64,000 nt of DNA, from the IMG/VR virus record IMGVR_UViG_3300034358_000044, positions 1 to 64,000 of that record; one strand, given 5' to 3'. A program made the translations under genes and the position numbers. The notes under the pieces are model-generated. The model was not told the DNA's origin and made no database searches. It was given only the letters and a program-made list of their open reading frames with translations. This document shows, piece after piece, positions 25,825 through 35,317 of the stretch (position 1 is the stretch's first letter; every line of letters starts with the position of its first letter). Source of the stretch: a virus.

Positions 25825-26114
25825 GCGCGCCGTTTCCAGAGAGGGAAAGCCCCTTCGCCGGCAGGATGCCTCAGTTGGCGGAGATCATTCGGCAAGAGAA
25901 CTTCCAGGAGAAGTTCGATGCCCTGCTCAAGTGGTACAGGGACTCCCGCTTCAAGGTCTACAGCGTGAAGATCGTCATCGATGCAGAATCAGAGGGTATG
26001 CCTCGACAGACGAGGGAGATGGTCCTGGAAGGCGGCAACATCCTCTACGAAGGGACCAATGGGACGTCCGAGGGGATGGAGATGATGGGAATCGTAGTGC
26101 TCAAGGAGAGATGA
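25821..26114 (+). CDS. Hypothetical protein
   Basis: GAGGAG RBS, ATGA overlap. Confidence 0.75.
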   Translation: MSAPFPERESPFAGRMPQLAEIIRQENFQEKFDALLKWYRDSRFKVYSVKIVIDAESEGMPRQTREMVLEGGNILYEGTNGTSEGMEMMGIVVLKER

Positions 26115-26584
26115 ACATGGCCTGGATTTCAATCAACCTCGACGACACCCTGGTGCAGAAGCTCCCCGACCCGATGACCGGTGAGGAGGCGGAGCAGCCC
26201 ATCGAGGGTGCAGTCGAGTCGATGATGCAGTTGGTCCAGGAGGGCCACAGGCTCACCGTCTTCACTTCCCGTTTCGCGCCCATGCCGGACACGGAGAAGC
26301 AGCGGCTCAAGGAGCAGATTGAGCAGGAGCTGCAGGGCTACGGCTTCCCGCCCATGGAGGTCTGGACGGGGACCACCAAGCCTGCAGCGGACGTCTACAT
26401 CGGTGGAGAGGCCATCACCTTCGACCAGGACTGGGGCCTTGCCCTAGCGCAGCTCCAGTACATGCTGGAAGAGCGCGGGCTGGTGGAGATTCCTCAGGAG
26501 GGTGGGGGCGAGCTTCCTCCAGAAGAAGAGCCTCCTCCCGAGGAAGGCCAGTCTGAGGAAGACCCGAACGGAGGTGGCCAGTGA
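26111..26584 (+). CDS. HAD-fold protein with degenerate catalytic motifs
   Basis: INLDDTL (motif I), VFTSR (II), TKP (III), YIGGE (IV). Confidence 0.7.
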   Translation: MNMAWISINLDDTLVQKLPDPMTGEEAEQPIEGAVESMMQLVQEGHRLTVFTSRFAPMPDTEKQRLKEQIEQELQGYGFPPMEVWTGTTKPAADVYIGGEAITFDQDWGLALAQLQYMLEERGLVEIPQEGGGELPPEEEPPPEEGQSEEDPNGGGQ

Positions 26585-27162
26585 TTGGAAACGTGAACGC
26601 CTGGGTTCCCCTCAACCCGTCAGAGGTGCCCTTCCGCAGCGATGAGCACATCCGGGCCTCGCAGTCCGTTTCGGATCGCGTTGCCTCCTACAAGGCCATC
26701 ACGAGGCAACTCGATGTATCCAGCAACCCACGGTACAAGAGGGGGCACAACAACGACCCCAAGGATGGTGAGGAGACGTACTGCAACATCTACCTCTGCG
26801 ACTTCATGTGGTGCATGGGCGTGGTGCTGCCGCACTGGGTTGACCCTGCCACTGGAGCTCCAGTCGGAATGGGCAAGGGAGTCGAGACCAGCGCCAACGG
26901 CATCTGCAAGTGGATCTTCGATCACGGCATGATGTACCACTGGATGGAGTGCAGTCAGGCCAAGGCCAGAGAGCGGGCCAGTTCAGGGTGGCCCACTGCC
27001 TGCTTCTGGCTCAACCCCAAGGGCATTGGACATGTCGTCGTCGTGATGCCGGGGATGGAGTTCACGCACATCTCCCAGGCTGGTGCGACCAACTACTACG
27101 ACGTCCCTCTCCAGAAGGGCTACGGCGGCATTCCCGGCCTGCGGTTCTTCACGCACGACTGA
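26581..27162 (+). CDS. Papain-like (NlpC/P60/CHAP-type) hydrolase, candidate endolysin
   Basis: TYCNIY Cys, GIGHVVVV His, ISQAG. Confidence 0.65.
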   Translation: MIGNVNAWVPLNPSEVPFRSDEHIRASQSVSDRVASYKAITRQLDVSSNPRYKRGHNNDPKDGEETYCNIYLCDFMWCMGVVLPHWVDPATGAPVGMGKGVETSANGICKWIFDHGMMYHWMECSQAKARERASSGWPTACFWLNPKGIGHVVVVMPGMEFTHISQAGATNYYDVPLQKGYGGIPGLRFFTHD

Positions 27163-27170
27163 GGACTAAG

Positions 27171-27347
27171 ATGGCTGCTTCGAAACAGAAGGCCAAGAAG
27201 GAGAGGAAGCCCAAGGTCCGGGTCAACATCCGGATTCCCTCCTACCTCGTGGACTGGGCCAAGGACTACGCCAAGGCCAGGAACACCACGTTCACCCAGG
27301 TCGTCGTGGATAGACTCACCGATCTTCAAGCAGAGGAATCAGCATGA
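27171..27347 (+). CDS. Ribbon-helix-helix DNA-binding protein
   Basis: VRVNIRIPSYLVDWAKDYAKARNTTFTQVV. Confidence 0.8.
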   Translation: MAASKQKAKKERKPKVRVNIRIPSYLVDWAKDYAKARNTTFTQVVVDRLTDLQAEESA

Positions 27348-27895
27348 GCTCGACACCTTCAATCGGTGACTCTGGAGGCTCCTCCCTCACTCGGCATCAG
27401 GAGTCCTACCCTCTTCCGAAGTCGAGGAAGGAGGTGGTGACTGCCTTCGAGCGCATTCTCAACCTGGGAGGGGTCCAGAAGGTCACCATCGAGCTCGGGC
27501 TTCCCATCAAGGTGGTGCGACTCGCAGAGAGTGGACCTGAGGTTCCAGAGGACATTCAGGATGACGACCTGGTCTCTGCAGCCAGGAATGCTCCCATGGA
27601 GGAGTTCGTCTTCCCCGAGGAGCTCCCTCCCACCGTCTACCTCTTCAGGGCCTTTCGTCTGCTGAGCAGCAAGCGTCTGAGAGGGAAGGGGATGGTGGTC
27701 AACAGCCTGACGACACTTCGAGAGTGGTTCAGGGTGGACGCAGACTTTGACCTCTCTGAAGTCTTCGGCGTGCCTGTCACGGTCCACAAAGAGATTCCCG
27801 ATGGGGCGCTGCTCTTCGTGGCCAGTCCCATTGATGATGCAGACCTCGTTTCCTTCAGCCTGCGGCTGGAGCTTCCTGTGGAGAAGAACTCGTGA
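27344..27895 (+). CDS. Hypothetical protein
   Basis: 183 aa, ATGA overlap. Confidence 0.8.
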   Translation: MSSTPSIGDSGGSSLTRHQESYPLPKSRKEVVTAFERILNLGGVQKVTIELGLPIKVVRLAESGPEVPEDIQDDDLVSAARNAPMEEFVFPEELPPTVYLFRAFRLLSSKRLRGKGMVVNSLTTLREWFRVDADFDLSEVFGVPVTVHKEIPDGALLFVASPIDDADLVSFSLRLELPVEKNS

Positions 27896-28152
27896 TTTTC
27901 GAACAGAGTCGGCTTCCTCCTGTCGTGAAGTCGCGGGCGGAGCTCGAAGCAGAACTGGCTTACGCCTTTCAGGGCATCCTGGGGAGTGGTGTCACCCCTG
28001 GAGCGCTTCACAATCCAAGTCGAATGACCTACGACGACATCCATGCCAACCAGCATCTCTACGAGAGACTGGGGACGGCGATGGCTGCCTTGGGCGCTCT
28101 TCGGGGCTACAGGGACTTGCCCAGAGGGTTCACTGTCAGGGAGGGATCATGA
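27892..28152 (+). CDS. Hypothetical protein
   Basis: 86 aa, GTGA overlap. Confidence 0.65.
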   Translation: MIFEQSRLPPVVKSRAELEAELAYAFQGILGSGVTPGALHNPSRMTYDDIHANQHLYERLGTAMAALGALRGYRDLPRGFTVREGS

Positions 28153-28646
28153 AGCCAATCGTCGAGAAGGTGTTGGCCAGCGGTCTGGTGGACAAGGCCA
28201 CTGCAGAGCTCATGGAGAAGTGGGGCTATCTGCCTGAAGGCTCCGTGGACAAGGTCAACGAGGACAAGCTGAAGAACGCCACCCAGGAGACGTTGAAGGC
28301 TCTGGCCAACGATCTCGCCATCGAGGTGGAGAAGGAGCACGCCCTTCGAGAGACCGTTCTCGACCTGGAGCGACTCAAGTGGCCCGTCTCGCGCATCTCC
28401 ATCTTCAAGCCCGACCCAGAGCCAGGAGAGATGGTTAGCTACCTGGCAGAGGACCTGGTGGCGATGGTGGATCGAATGGGGCGCTACTTCTTCCGCCTGC
28501 AGGACGTGAACAAGGACTGGTTCGTTCCTGGCTACCATCTGCGTCGAGGCGACCCGGCATTCGCTCCGGAGACCATCCTCCAGTCCCAGGTGCTCTTCAT
28601 CGGGGAGCAGGGTGTCTGCGTCCAGGTCTCCACGGATAGGGGCTAG
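28149..28646 (+). CDS. Hypothetical protein
   Basis: MKPIVEK start, GGAGG RBS. Confidence 0.8.
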   Translation: MKPIVEKVLASGLVDKATAELMEKWGYLPEGSVDKVNEDKLKNATQETLKALANDLAIEVEKEHALRETVLDLERLKWPVSRISIFKPDPEPGEMVSYLAEDLVAMVDRMGRYFFRLQDVNKDWFVPGYHLRRGDPAFAPETILQSQVLFIGEQGVCVQVSTDRG

Positions 28647-28652
28647 TAGGAC

Positions 28653-28925
28653 GTGACCCGTCAAGAACTAGAGGCGGAGATTGAGGAGAAGAGTCTCGAC
28701 CTTCAGGCATTCACCCGTGCGCGGGAGATTGTCCGAGCTCGGGTGCTGGAGGTAGCTGACTCCACCAGTCCTCTCACTCCGCTTCCACATTGGTCCGGGA
28801 CGGATGCCGTACTCGGCTCTCTCGACCTTTCCATTCACGCCATGGAGAGGACCCTCGACGAGCTGCGACAGACACTGGCGGCCTCGAAGCCGGAATTGCG
28901 ACTCCTCACCAAGGACGAATCATGA
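28653..28925 (+). CDS. Coiled-coil hypothetical protein
   Basis: 90 aa. Confidence 0.7.
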   Translation: MTRQELEAEIEEKSLDLQAFTRAREIVRARVLEVADSTSPLTPLPHWSGTDAVLGSLDLSIHAMERTLDELRQTLAASKPELRLLTKDES

Positions 28926-29581
28926 GCAAGAAGACTCTCCAGTTCCAGCAGGCCCTGATGTCCACGGGACTGGTGCAGCCTCTCTCTGAGAAGTCCAAGG
29001 GCGGCCACATCGAGTTCCTCTGCCGCCAGGTGCCAGGCCAGGAGCGGGGCTGGCTCCAGGCAGTGGACGGCTTCCTGAAGTGTGAGGAGGAGCTGGCAGA
29101 CTCCCCCAAGCCCTTCACCCTCCATCTCTGCCGGCGCTACCTCCGCAGGGAGGGACAGATGGTCTTCGGCTGGCATGTCGGCATCGATGCCAAGTCCGCG
29201 AAAGACCTGGAGCTGGTGCTGGACACCCTCACCGTGGAGGTCTTGGAGGGGCTCAAGCCCTCCTTGGTGACGTCTCAAACCGGTCCAGTCGGCCCGCCAG
29301 AGCCGCCTGTAGCCGTCGCTGTGGCCCATCAGGAGCCCCTGTCGCCCGGCAGGCACCCTCCGCCGCGCCCGGCCACCCCACGGGCTCCCAACGCGCCAGG
29401 GACGGTCATCGGGACGCCTCCGCAGGACTTCTCTCCGACACTCCGGGTCGTGCAGAACTCCAGGGATGACCACGGCAAGGTGACCATCGTCGAGGAGATG
29501 CCCCTGCCCCACGTCTACTCCGACATGAACAAACCGAACGCGAAGGGCAGAGGCGCCAAGCTGACAGGAGGAGGTTCATGA
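28922..29581 (+). CDS. Hypothetical protein with Pro-rich linker
   Basis: MSKKTL start, ATGA overlap. Confidence 0.8.
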   Translation: MSKKTLQFQQALMSTGLVQPLSEKSKGGHIEFLCRQVPGQERGWLQAVDGFLKCEEELADSPKPFTLHLCRRYLRREGQMVFGWHVGIDAKSAKDLELVLDTLTVEVLEGLKPSLVTSQTGPVGPPEPPVAVAVAHQEPLSPGRHPPPRPATPRAPNAPGTVIGTPPQDFSPTLRVVQNSRDDHGKVTIVEEMPLPHVYSDMNKPNAKGRGAKLTGGGS

Positions 29582-30009
29582 AGAAGTTCCATCTGCAGAG
29601 GCTGGAAGACGAGTCGGGAGTCAGTGGTACAGGCTGGGTCGCTGAAGGGGTCGAGTTCGCCAACGGGAAGTGTGTCGTCTCCTGGCTGACGAAGTACACT
29701 TCGGTGGCGGTCTACGAGAACATGCTCTCGTTGGAGGCCATCCATGGTCACAACGGGAAGACCGTCGTTCGAAGAGACGGTGACGAGTACGCAGGACCCA
29801 ACTGCTTGGGCTGCCATCACCCTGTCGAATTCCACGACCTCGACAACTGCGGTGGCTGCAGCGTCGGAGTCTGCAACTGCAACCTGATGGAACACCCTGA
29901 GAGAGCCCCCAAGGAGGCCAAGCGTGTCACGCGAACAAGAGCAGCTCGACGACCAGCAGGAAAGAGTTCGAAAGCTACTTCAGAGTCCAGCGCTGCCGCT
30001 GGTCGGTGA
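29578..30009 (+). CDS. Conserved phage hypothetical protein (DESGVSGTG..AEGVEF family) with Cys/His cluster
   Basis: Recognisable widespread phage motif; GGAGG RBS. Confidence 0.75.
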   Translation: MKKFHLQRLEDESGVSGTGWVAEGVEFANGKCVVSWLTKYTSVAVYENMLSLEAIHGHNGKTVVRRDGDEYAGPNCLGCHHPVEFHDLDNCGGCSVGVCNCNLMEHPERAPKEAKRVTRTRAARRPAGKSSKATSESSAAAGR

Positions 30010-30709
30010 AGGCAGCTTCGAACTGAGTAAGGCGAGTCCGAATGAGAAGAAGGCCATCGAGGTGGCCCGCAGGAATGCAGGAGTCGTCCCTGTCTCATCG
30101 GACTGGGAACGGACAGCCACGGCTGAGCAGCGGGCAGCTCGTCAGCGGGCCACCATGCTCAGGGAGAAGACGGTCACCCTGGGCGTGGAGGAGGTTCGGG
30201 CCAAGTACAAGATCGAAGTCACCTTCGTGAAGAACCGCTCCGTCACCGGGCTCAACGCGGTGGGCATCTCCATCTGGGAGTCCGGCAAGCGATTCCACGG
30301 CGGCGGCGATGAGCTCATGTACTGGTGCAAGGACAACCGCAAGGGAGAGGATGGAGGGTGCTGGTCGCCCATCCCGGCCGACAACATCAGCGGCGGAGTG
30401 GCGGTGTGTCCGTCCTGCAAGAAGGCCGTCAACCCCGAGCTCCTCACCAACATGCGAATCGGGAACGTCACCGCACAGACCCTTGCTGCTGAGCTGGTGA
30501 AGATCTTCCACTCCCTGAGCTCGAACGCGGACATCTACCTCAAGTTCCATACGACCGATGTTCGGTACATCGCCATGGAGCGCGACAAGGGACCTGATGT
30601 GGCTCGACGGCTGAAGGGAATGGCGATCTATCCGCTGAAGAATATTCTCAAAGACACCTCTTCTGGGGCAGACTTGGGAAAGCGGTTCTTCGCCTTCCTC
30701 ACATCCTGA
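29924..30709 (+). CDS. Hypothetical protein with Zn ribbon
   Basis: YWC...CW...CPSC; AGGAGG RBS before GTG. Confidence 0.8.
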   Translation: MSREQEQLDDQQERVRKLLQSPALPLVGEGSFELSKASPNEKKAIEVARRNAGVVPVSSDWERTATAEQRAARQRATMLREKTVTLGVEEVRAKYKIEVTFVKNRSVTGLNAVGISIWESGKRFHGGGDELMYWCKDNRKGEDGGCWSPIPADNISGGVAVCPSCKKAVNPELLTNMRIGNVTAQTLAAELVKIFHSLSSNADIYLKFHTTDVRYIAMERDKGPDVARRLKGMAIYPLKNILKDTSSGADLGKRFFAFLTS

Positions 30710-30715
30710 GCTCCG

Positions 30716-32095
30716 ATGGCTATCCCCATGACCATGTTCCGAGCCTTCGTGGACGAGCTCACCAAGATCGCTTCTACGAAGGAGGCCATGCATTGGACCA
30801 AGGACCTCGACCGGGACATCATGAACGGTCGGAAGTATCCAGGGAGCTACCTCACCGGAGAGTTGAAGGAGCTTGGGGAGGCCATCAAGGAGCGGAACTG
30901 GAACCACATCAAGGAAGAGGCAGGAGATTCCGCATACGCAGCTCAGATGATTGTTGGACAGCGCACCGGTCTCAACCTTCCAGTAGTGGGTGCTGATAGG
31001 GTCATCAAGAAGTTCTACGATCGTATTGGAACCTGGAAGAAGGCGTTCAAGGAACAAGACGTTCCATTCTCCCACGACTACCTTGCTGGGGGTAGCAACT
31101 ACGCCAAGCCGGAAAAGGTTCAAGCAGCTTTCGCGTTGGCGAATCACCACCTCTCCGATGATGAGGCTCGTCGAATCTCTCAGAGCCTTGTCGGCAAGGT
31201 GAAGACCTCTACGGTGGTGGCGCACATCGATGGTCCTATGGGTTCCGGGAAGACGACACTCATTCGGAAGATCGGCAAGGACTTCCCTGGGTTGGTAGTG
31301 AAAGACGTTGACGAGTTCAAGAGAGACGCCGCCCACATCGTCCGGCTAGAGCTTGGAGACCGTCCTCAAAACGCAGGCCCCAAGGACGACGAACTCTTCA
31401 AGCAGAAGGTCATGGCTATGCGCCAGAAGCTCACGGATGACTTCCTTGAGAAGCACAAGGACCGTCCCGTGGTGCTGGCAGGTATGAAGGTTGGTCTCAG
31501 CAAGTTCCCATTCGAGTTCCCAGAAGAAGGGCAGGCCAAGTACCGTCTCGACGACGTAGGCCCTCTTCGTTCGACCTACCGTGCCTACAAGAGGAACCTG
31601 GATCTCGACAAGCCGCGTCGATGGCCCCTCTCTGATACTCCTCGGCGCTACCGAGAAGCCAGAGAACACATCAAGCTCCTCGACAGCATGGGGTATAGAC
31701 CTGCATCCTCGAAGGCCATCATCGAGGAACTGGGGAAGGTGAAGACCTCTGCTCTCTCCAAGGCCCAGGCTCAGGAGCGGGTGGACATGCACCACCAGAC
31801 CCGCGACTGGAACCTCTTCGAGAAGAACCTGAAGGCCAAGGCCTTCCGGCAGGCAGTGGTCTCTCATCCAGAGTCCGACGCCAAGCTGAAGCGCTACACG
31901 AAGAACTTCGGAGAGTACACCAGCTCCAAGAAGGTGCTTGGTGTGGTGCCGAGTCGGACCAGCAACAAGCTGTACAAAATCAAAGAGCTCTCCAACGGTC
32001 GGCTGGCCTGTGGATGTGGGGACTGGCAATATCTCCACTCACACAAGAAGACGGACTGCGACCACATCAAGGAATTCAAGGGGGGATTGTCATGA
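30716..32095 (+). CDS. ELxKIA-leader multidomain protein: MazG-like + P-loop kinase + SWIM Zn finger
   Basis: FVDELTKIA; ELKELGEAI...KEEAGD; GPMGSGKTT; CGCGDW...CDH; two GKVKTS linkers. Confidence 0.8.
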   Translation: MAIPMTMFRAFVDELTKIASTKEAMHWTKDLDRDIMNGRKYPGSYLTGELKELGEAIKERNWNHIKEEAGDSAYAAQMIVGQRTGLNLPVVGADRVIKKFYDRIGTWKKAFKEQDVPFSHDYLAGGSNYAKPEKVQAAFALANHHLSDDEARRISQSLVGKVKTSTVVAHIDGPMGSGKTTLIRKIGKDFPGLVVKDVDEFKRDAAHIVRLELGDRPQNAGPKDDELFKQKVMAMRQKLTDDFLEKHKDRPVVLAGMKVGLSKFPFEFPEEGQAKYRLDDVGPLRSTYRAYKRNLDLDKPRRWPLSDTPRRYREAREHIKLLDSMGYRPASSKAIIEELGKVKTSALSKAQAQERVDMHHQTRDWNLFEKNLKAKAFRQAVVSHPESDAKLKRYTKNFGEYTSSKKVLGVVPSRTSNKLYKIKELSNGRLACGCGDWQYLHSHKKTDCDHIKEFKGGLS

Positions 32096-32691
32096 TGGAG
32101 AAGGAGGCCAGGGAGCAGGACCCGGAGCTCAACAAGGCCAAGGCTGAACGAGATGCCCAGGCAGGCCTTCGTCTTCATCTGAACATCGACGACATCCGCC
32201 AGAAGGCGTTGGAGATGGCCGTCCACATCCTTGCCGAGTTCAAGGGGTGGCCTACTGTCGTCGTCACTGGCGGTGCAGGCTCAGGGAAGACGACCTTCTC
32301 CAAGGAGATGGCCATCTTCCTCGGAGTGAAGCATCTCGACTTCGACACCTACATTCCCGGGGGCTACACGCCCGACAAGAACGAGTACGAGCGCCGCTTC
32401 AACAAGGGACTCTACGAGATGTGGGAGGATGTCCCTCCGAAGCAGGGGTGGGTCATCGAGCACGTCGAGAGCTGCAATGAGGACTTGGTTGGGCTCTACC
32501 GCCCTGAGTACGCCATCCTCCTAGATCCGGGGGAAGAATGGTTGAGCAAAGCGGTAGAGGCCCGAGGAAACCGTAATGGTCTTTCTCGCGCCCTGCAATC
32601 GTCTTCAACAGCCCGTTCTCAATTCAGAGAGCTGTCAGGAGAGGTGGTAGCAAAGCTACACGGCCTCACCCTCAAGAAGCTTGAGAGCTAA
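32092..32691 (+). CDS. P-loop nucleotide/NMP kinase-like protein
   Basis: VVVTGGAGSGKTTFS...LGVKHLDFD. Confidence 0.8.
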   Translation: MMEKEAREQDPELNKAKAERDAQAGLRLHLNIDDIRQKALEMAVHILAEFKGWPTVVVTGGAGSGKTTFSKEMAIFLGVKHLDFDTYIPGGYTPDKNEYERRFNKGLYEMWEDVPPKQGWVIEHVESCNEDLVGLYRPEYAILLDPGEEWLSKAVEARGNRNGLSRALQSSSTARSQFRELSGEVVAKLHGLTLKKLES

Positions 32692-32829
32692 AAAGATTCA
32701 CTGACCGTCCGGGATCGGGGAACGCACCCCTCATTCATCCGGCGGCCGACCTCCGTACTCAGTGGTGAGTGGCCGGGTCGCGTAAGTACAGCGATACACT
32801 CTTGTGCCGAAGTTTCGAAAGGAATTGCA

Positions 32830-33129
32830 ATGCCCACTTTCAAAGAGCTGTCCGAACAACTGGCGGCGGTGAAGCTCAAGAGGACCGTCATCCAGCACCT
32901 CATCGAGTACATCGATACCAACTTCCGCCCCATCGCTGGTGGTGAGTCGAAGAGCAAGCTGCTGACCGAGGACAAGGTCCCTGTCCCTCCCGCCATCTTC
33001 GAGGCGGTGGTCTCAGAAGTTCTTCTTCAAGTCGATGGAGAGCTCGAAACCCTGATGACAAGCATTCTGGATTCGAGTATTCAGTCGCCGTCACCCACCC
33101 CAGTCAGCACTACCCAGGAAGCGAACTAA
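32830..33129 (+). CDS. Hypothetical helical protein
   Basis: AAAGGA RBS, 99 aa. Confidence 0.75.
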   Translation: MPTFKELSEQLAAVKLKRTVIQHLIEYIDTNFRPIAGGESKSKLLTEDKVPVPPAIFEAVVSEVLLQVDGELETLMTSILDSSIQSPSPTPVSTTQEAN

Positions 33130-33131
33130 CC

Positions 33132-33911
33132 GTGAGCGAGAACATCCCGCTGAACTCTGAAGCCGGCCAGCAGACTGTCGATGAGCTGATGGCCAAGATG
33201 ACCCCTGCCGACCAGGAGCTCTTCAAGAAGGCTCTTCAGGGCAAGACGCCCGTTCAGGTCGTGGTGGACCAGGATGGAACGGTCAGGCCGGCCTTCGAAG
33301 AGACTCCTGTCATCGACGCCGACCCGACGTCTCCTGCCGTGGAGCCTGTTCCTCTGGAGCCGGCACCGGAGAACGCCATCCCGGTTCAGAAGTTCCCCAA
33401 GGGTGCGGCCAAGCTGGAGGCCAAGAGGCAGCAGATTCTTCAGGACCGGATGCGCCGGCACATGGGCAGGGGTCTGAGCCAGGAGCAGGCGTGGCAGGCC
33501 ATCCAGAAGGAGGACTTCGACGCCCTCCCGATGGACAAGAAGTTCGCCCGGCTGGAGAACATGGTGTCGAACACCTTCCGCCAGCTGGCCCAGGAAATCG
33601 TCAACCTGGGGCAGGGGCATGCAGCGGTGGCCGACGCCTTCGACATCAACTACCGTGCGGTCCACAAGATCTTCGTCAAGCTGGGGGTGTCTCCTGAAGA
33701 GCAGCAGCTTCTCATTGCGGAGGCTCAAGGAGAGGTCGCTGAGATCCGGCGGCGCCAGCAGGAGGGACGTGCCGTTGCAGAGAAGGCTTTCAACGATGCA
33801 CAGGAGAAGCAGAGGGTCGAAGCCGAGCTCGCCTCCGCCGAGTCCCCCAACCAGGCTCCCTCCTCAGTCGGGGCGGAGCCTCCTCCGGAAGCTACGGTCT
33901 TCGGTGGGTAG
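33132..33911 (+). CDS. Coiled-coil hypothetical protein
   Basis: 259 aa, strong codon bias. Confidence 0.85.
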   Translation: MSENIPLNSEAGQQTVDELMAKMTPADQELFKKALQGKTPVQVVVDQDGTVRPAFEETPVIDADPTSPAVEPVPLEPAPENAIPVQKFPKGAAKLEAKRQQILQDRMRRHMGRGLSQEQAWQAIQKEDFDALPMDKKFARLENMVSNTFRQLAQEIVNLGQGHAAVADAFDINYRAVHKIFVKLGVSPEEQQLLIAEAQGEVAEIRRRQQEGRAVAEKAFNDAQEKQRVEAELASAESPNQAPSSVGAEPPPEATVFGG

Positions 33912-33963
33912 GAAGCTCCTCTTCGCACTGCGCTTTCTTGGAGAGGTCACCACCCTCTGGGAC

Positions 33964-34125
33964 ATGGCCAACTCATCGACCTACAGAGCTCTATGGGGAG
34001 GCCGCTGGGAACAGTGGTGGATTGGCTCCCCAGTGAATTCCTACGTGTGGTTGAACGACCTCAAGGTCGGAGAACGTCCCGGCCTGGGTGAGTATCGTGA
34101 GAAAGTTGAAGACTACTCCTACTGA
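33964..34125 (+). CDS. Possible small Trp-rich protein
   Basis: 53 aa before the terminator; weak RBS. Confidence 0.35.
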   Translation: MANSSTYRALWGGRWEQWWIGSPVNSYVWLNDLKVGERPGLGEYREKVEDYSY

Positions 34126-34133
34126 GGGCTAAC

Positions 34134-34160
34134 GAAGGAGGGCGGACCTGCCCCTCCTTC
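34134..34160. terminator. Hairpin between convergent blocks
   Basis: GAAGGAGGG/CCCTCCTTC 9-bp stem. Confidence 0.65.
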
Positions 34161-34162
34161 TG

Positions 34163-35287
34163 TTACTCGTCGAGCTCGGTGGAGACGACGACCTTCGTCC
34201 GCACCTTGACCTCGCGGAAGACACGGATGTCCTCTCTCTTCACCCCGACCACATCGACCAGGCGGTCGATGCTCTGGGAGAGATGCTCCTTGCTGGTGAA
34301 CTCCGGCTGGCCGCAACCGGGCCAGTAGAGCAGCATCGGGAGCGGCGTGACAGGGCCGACCACCGGGGGAACATACACCGGCACAGCCTGTGCTTCCTGC
34401 GGAACCAGTTTCATCTCTTCCTCTTCCTCTTCACGCTCTTGGGTTGCGAGACGCTTTCCTCGGTAGGGGAGCCCGCTGAGCTCCCTCACCTGTTTCATGA
34501 TGTCGAGGACGATACGCTGGTCGCGGCTGATGCTGAAAACTGACTGCAGCACCATAGATGCGTCCCAGGAGTTGGCCTCAGGATTCTTCAAGAAGAAGTC
34601 CTCCAGCCAGTGGTCCCGAACCTTTCGACCCTCTTCGGAGTCCTGAGACCCCTGAGCAACCTGCTCTGTCGTCGTGGTGGGGAGTGTGAGGGTCGAGAGC
34701 CTCTCAAGCACCTGCTGCTTGTAGTCTCTCACCAACTCGACCACCTTTGACTGCGGAGCCTCTGCAGACTTCAGGGCCTGCTGCTTGGCTTCTTCGGCCC
34801 TCTCCTTGGCCCACTGCTCCTCCTTCGCCTTGCTGCGTTCCAACTGCTCAGCCTCCCGCTCTTCCCGCACCTTCTTGCGCCGCTCGCGCTCCTCCTGATC
34901 TTCTTGGAGTTTCTCTGCCCCACCCTGCTGAAGGGTGACCCGAAGTGGGGTGGGGGCGGCCATCAACTTCTCTGACACCTTCTCCAAGACCCCATCGGTT
35001 GCTGCCTTCGCCCATTCCTTGGATGAGACTCCGAGTTGGGCCAATATGGCCCCTTCCCGAACCAGCTCGTCACTCGGGAACCCTTGAAGGGCGGTGTACG
35101 CGCCCTTCTTCAGTTGACGGCGGATGGCGACGAGTTCGTCCTTGTTTGCCGGGATTCCGTCCTTCAACAGCTCTCGGATGAGGGCGTTGATTCCGAGGTT
35201 GGGGTGTTTGACGATGTAGGACCTTATCTGTTGGACACGTTTCTCGTTGTCCTTGGTGATGTTCGTCATGTACTTCCGTGATGACAT
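34163..35287 (-). CDS. Coiled-coil protein with HTH-like segments
   Basis: 374 aa, charged central helix; directly under a promoter motif. Confidence 0.8.
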   Translation of the reverse strand: MSSRKYMTNITKDNEKRVQQIRSYIVKHPNLGINALIRELLKDGIPANKDELVAIRRQLKKGAYTALQGFPSDELVREGAILAQLGVSSKEWAKAATDGVLEKVSEKLMAAPTPLRVTLQQGGAEKLQEDQEERERRKKVREEREAEQLERSKAKEEQWAKERAEEAKQQALKSAEAPQSKVVELVRDYKQQVLERLSTLTLPTTTTEQVAQGSQDSEEGRKVRDHWLEDFFLKNPEANSWDASMVLQSVFSISRDQRIVLDIMKQVRELSGLPYRGKRLATQEREEEEEEMKLVPQEAQAVPVYVPPVVGPVTPLPMLLYWPGCGQPEFTSKEHLSQSIDRLVDVVGVKREDIRVFREVKVRTKVVVSTELDE

Positions 35288-35317
35288 GTTTTTCTCCTTA
35301 CCGTTGGTGAAGAGATT

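Noticed and set aside
32692-32830. Hammerhead or other self-cleaving ribozyme
   Set aside because: No CUGAnGA plus GAAA core in correct arrangement on either strand
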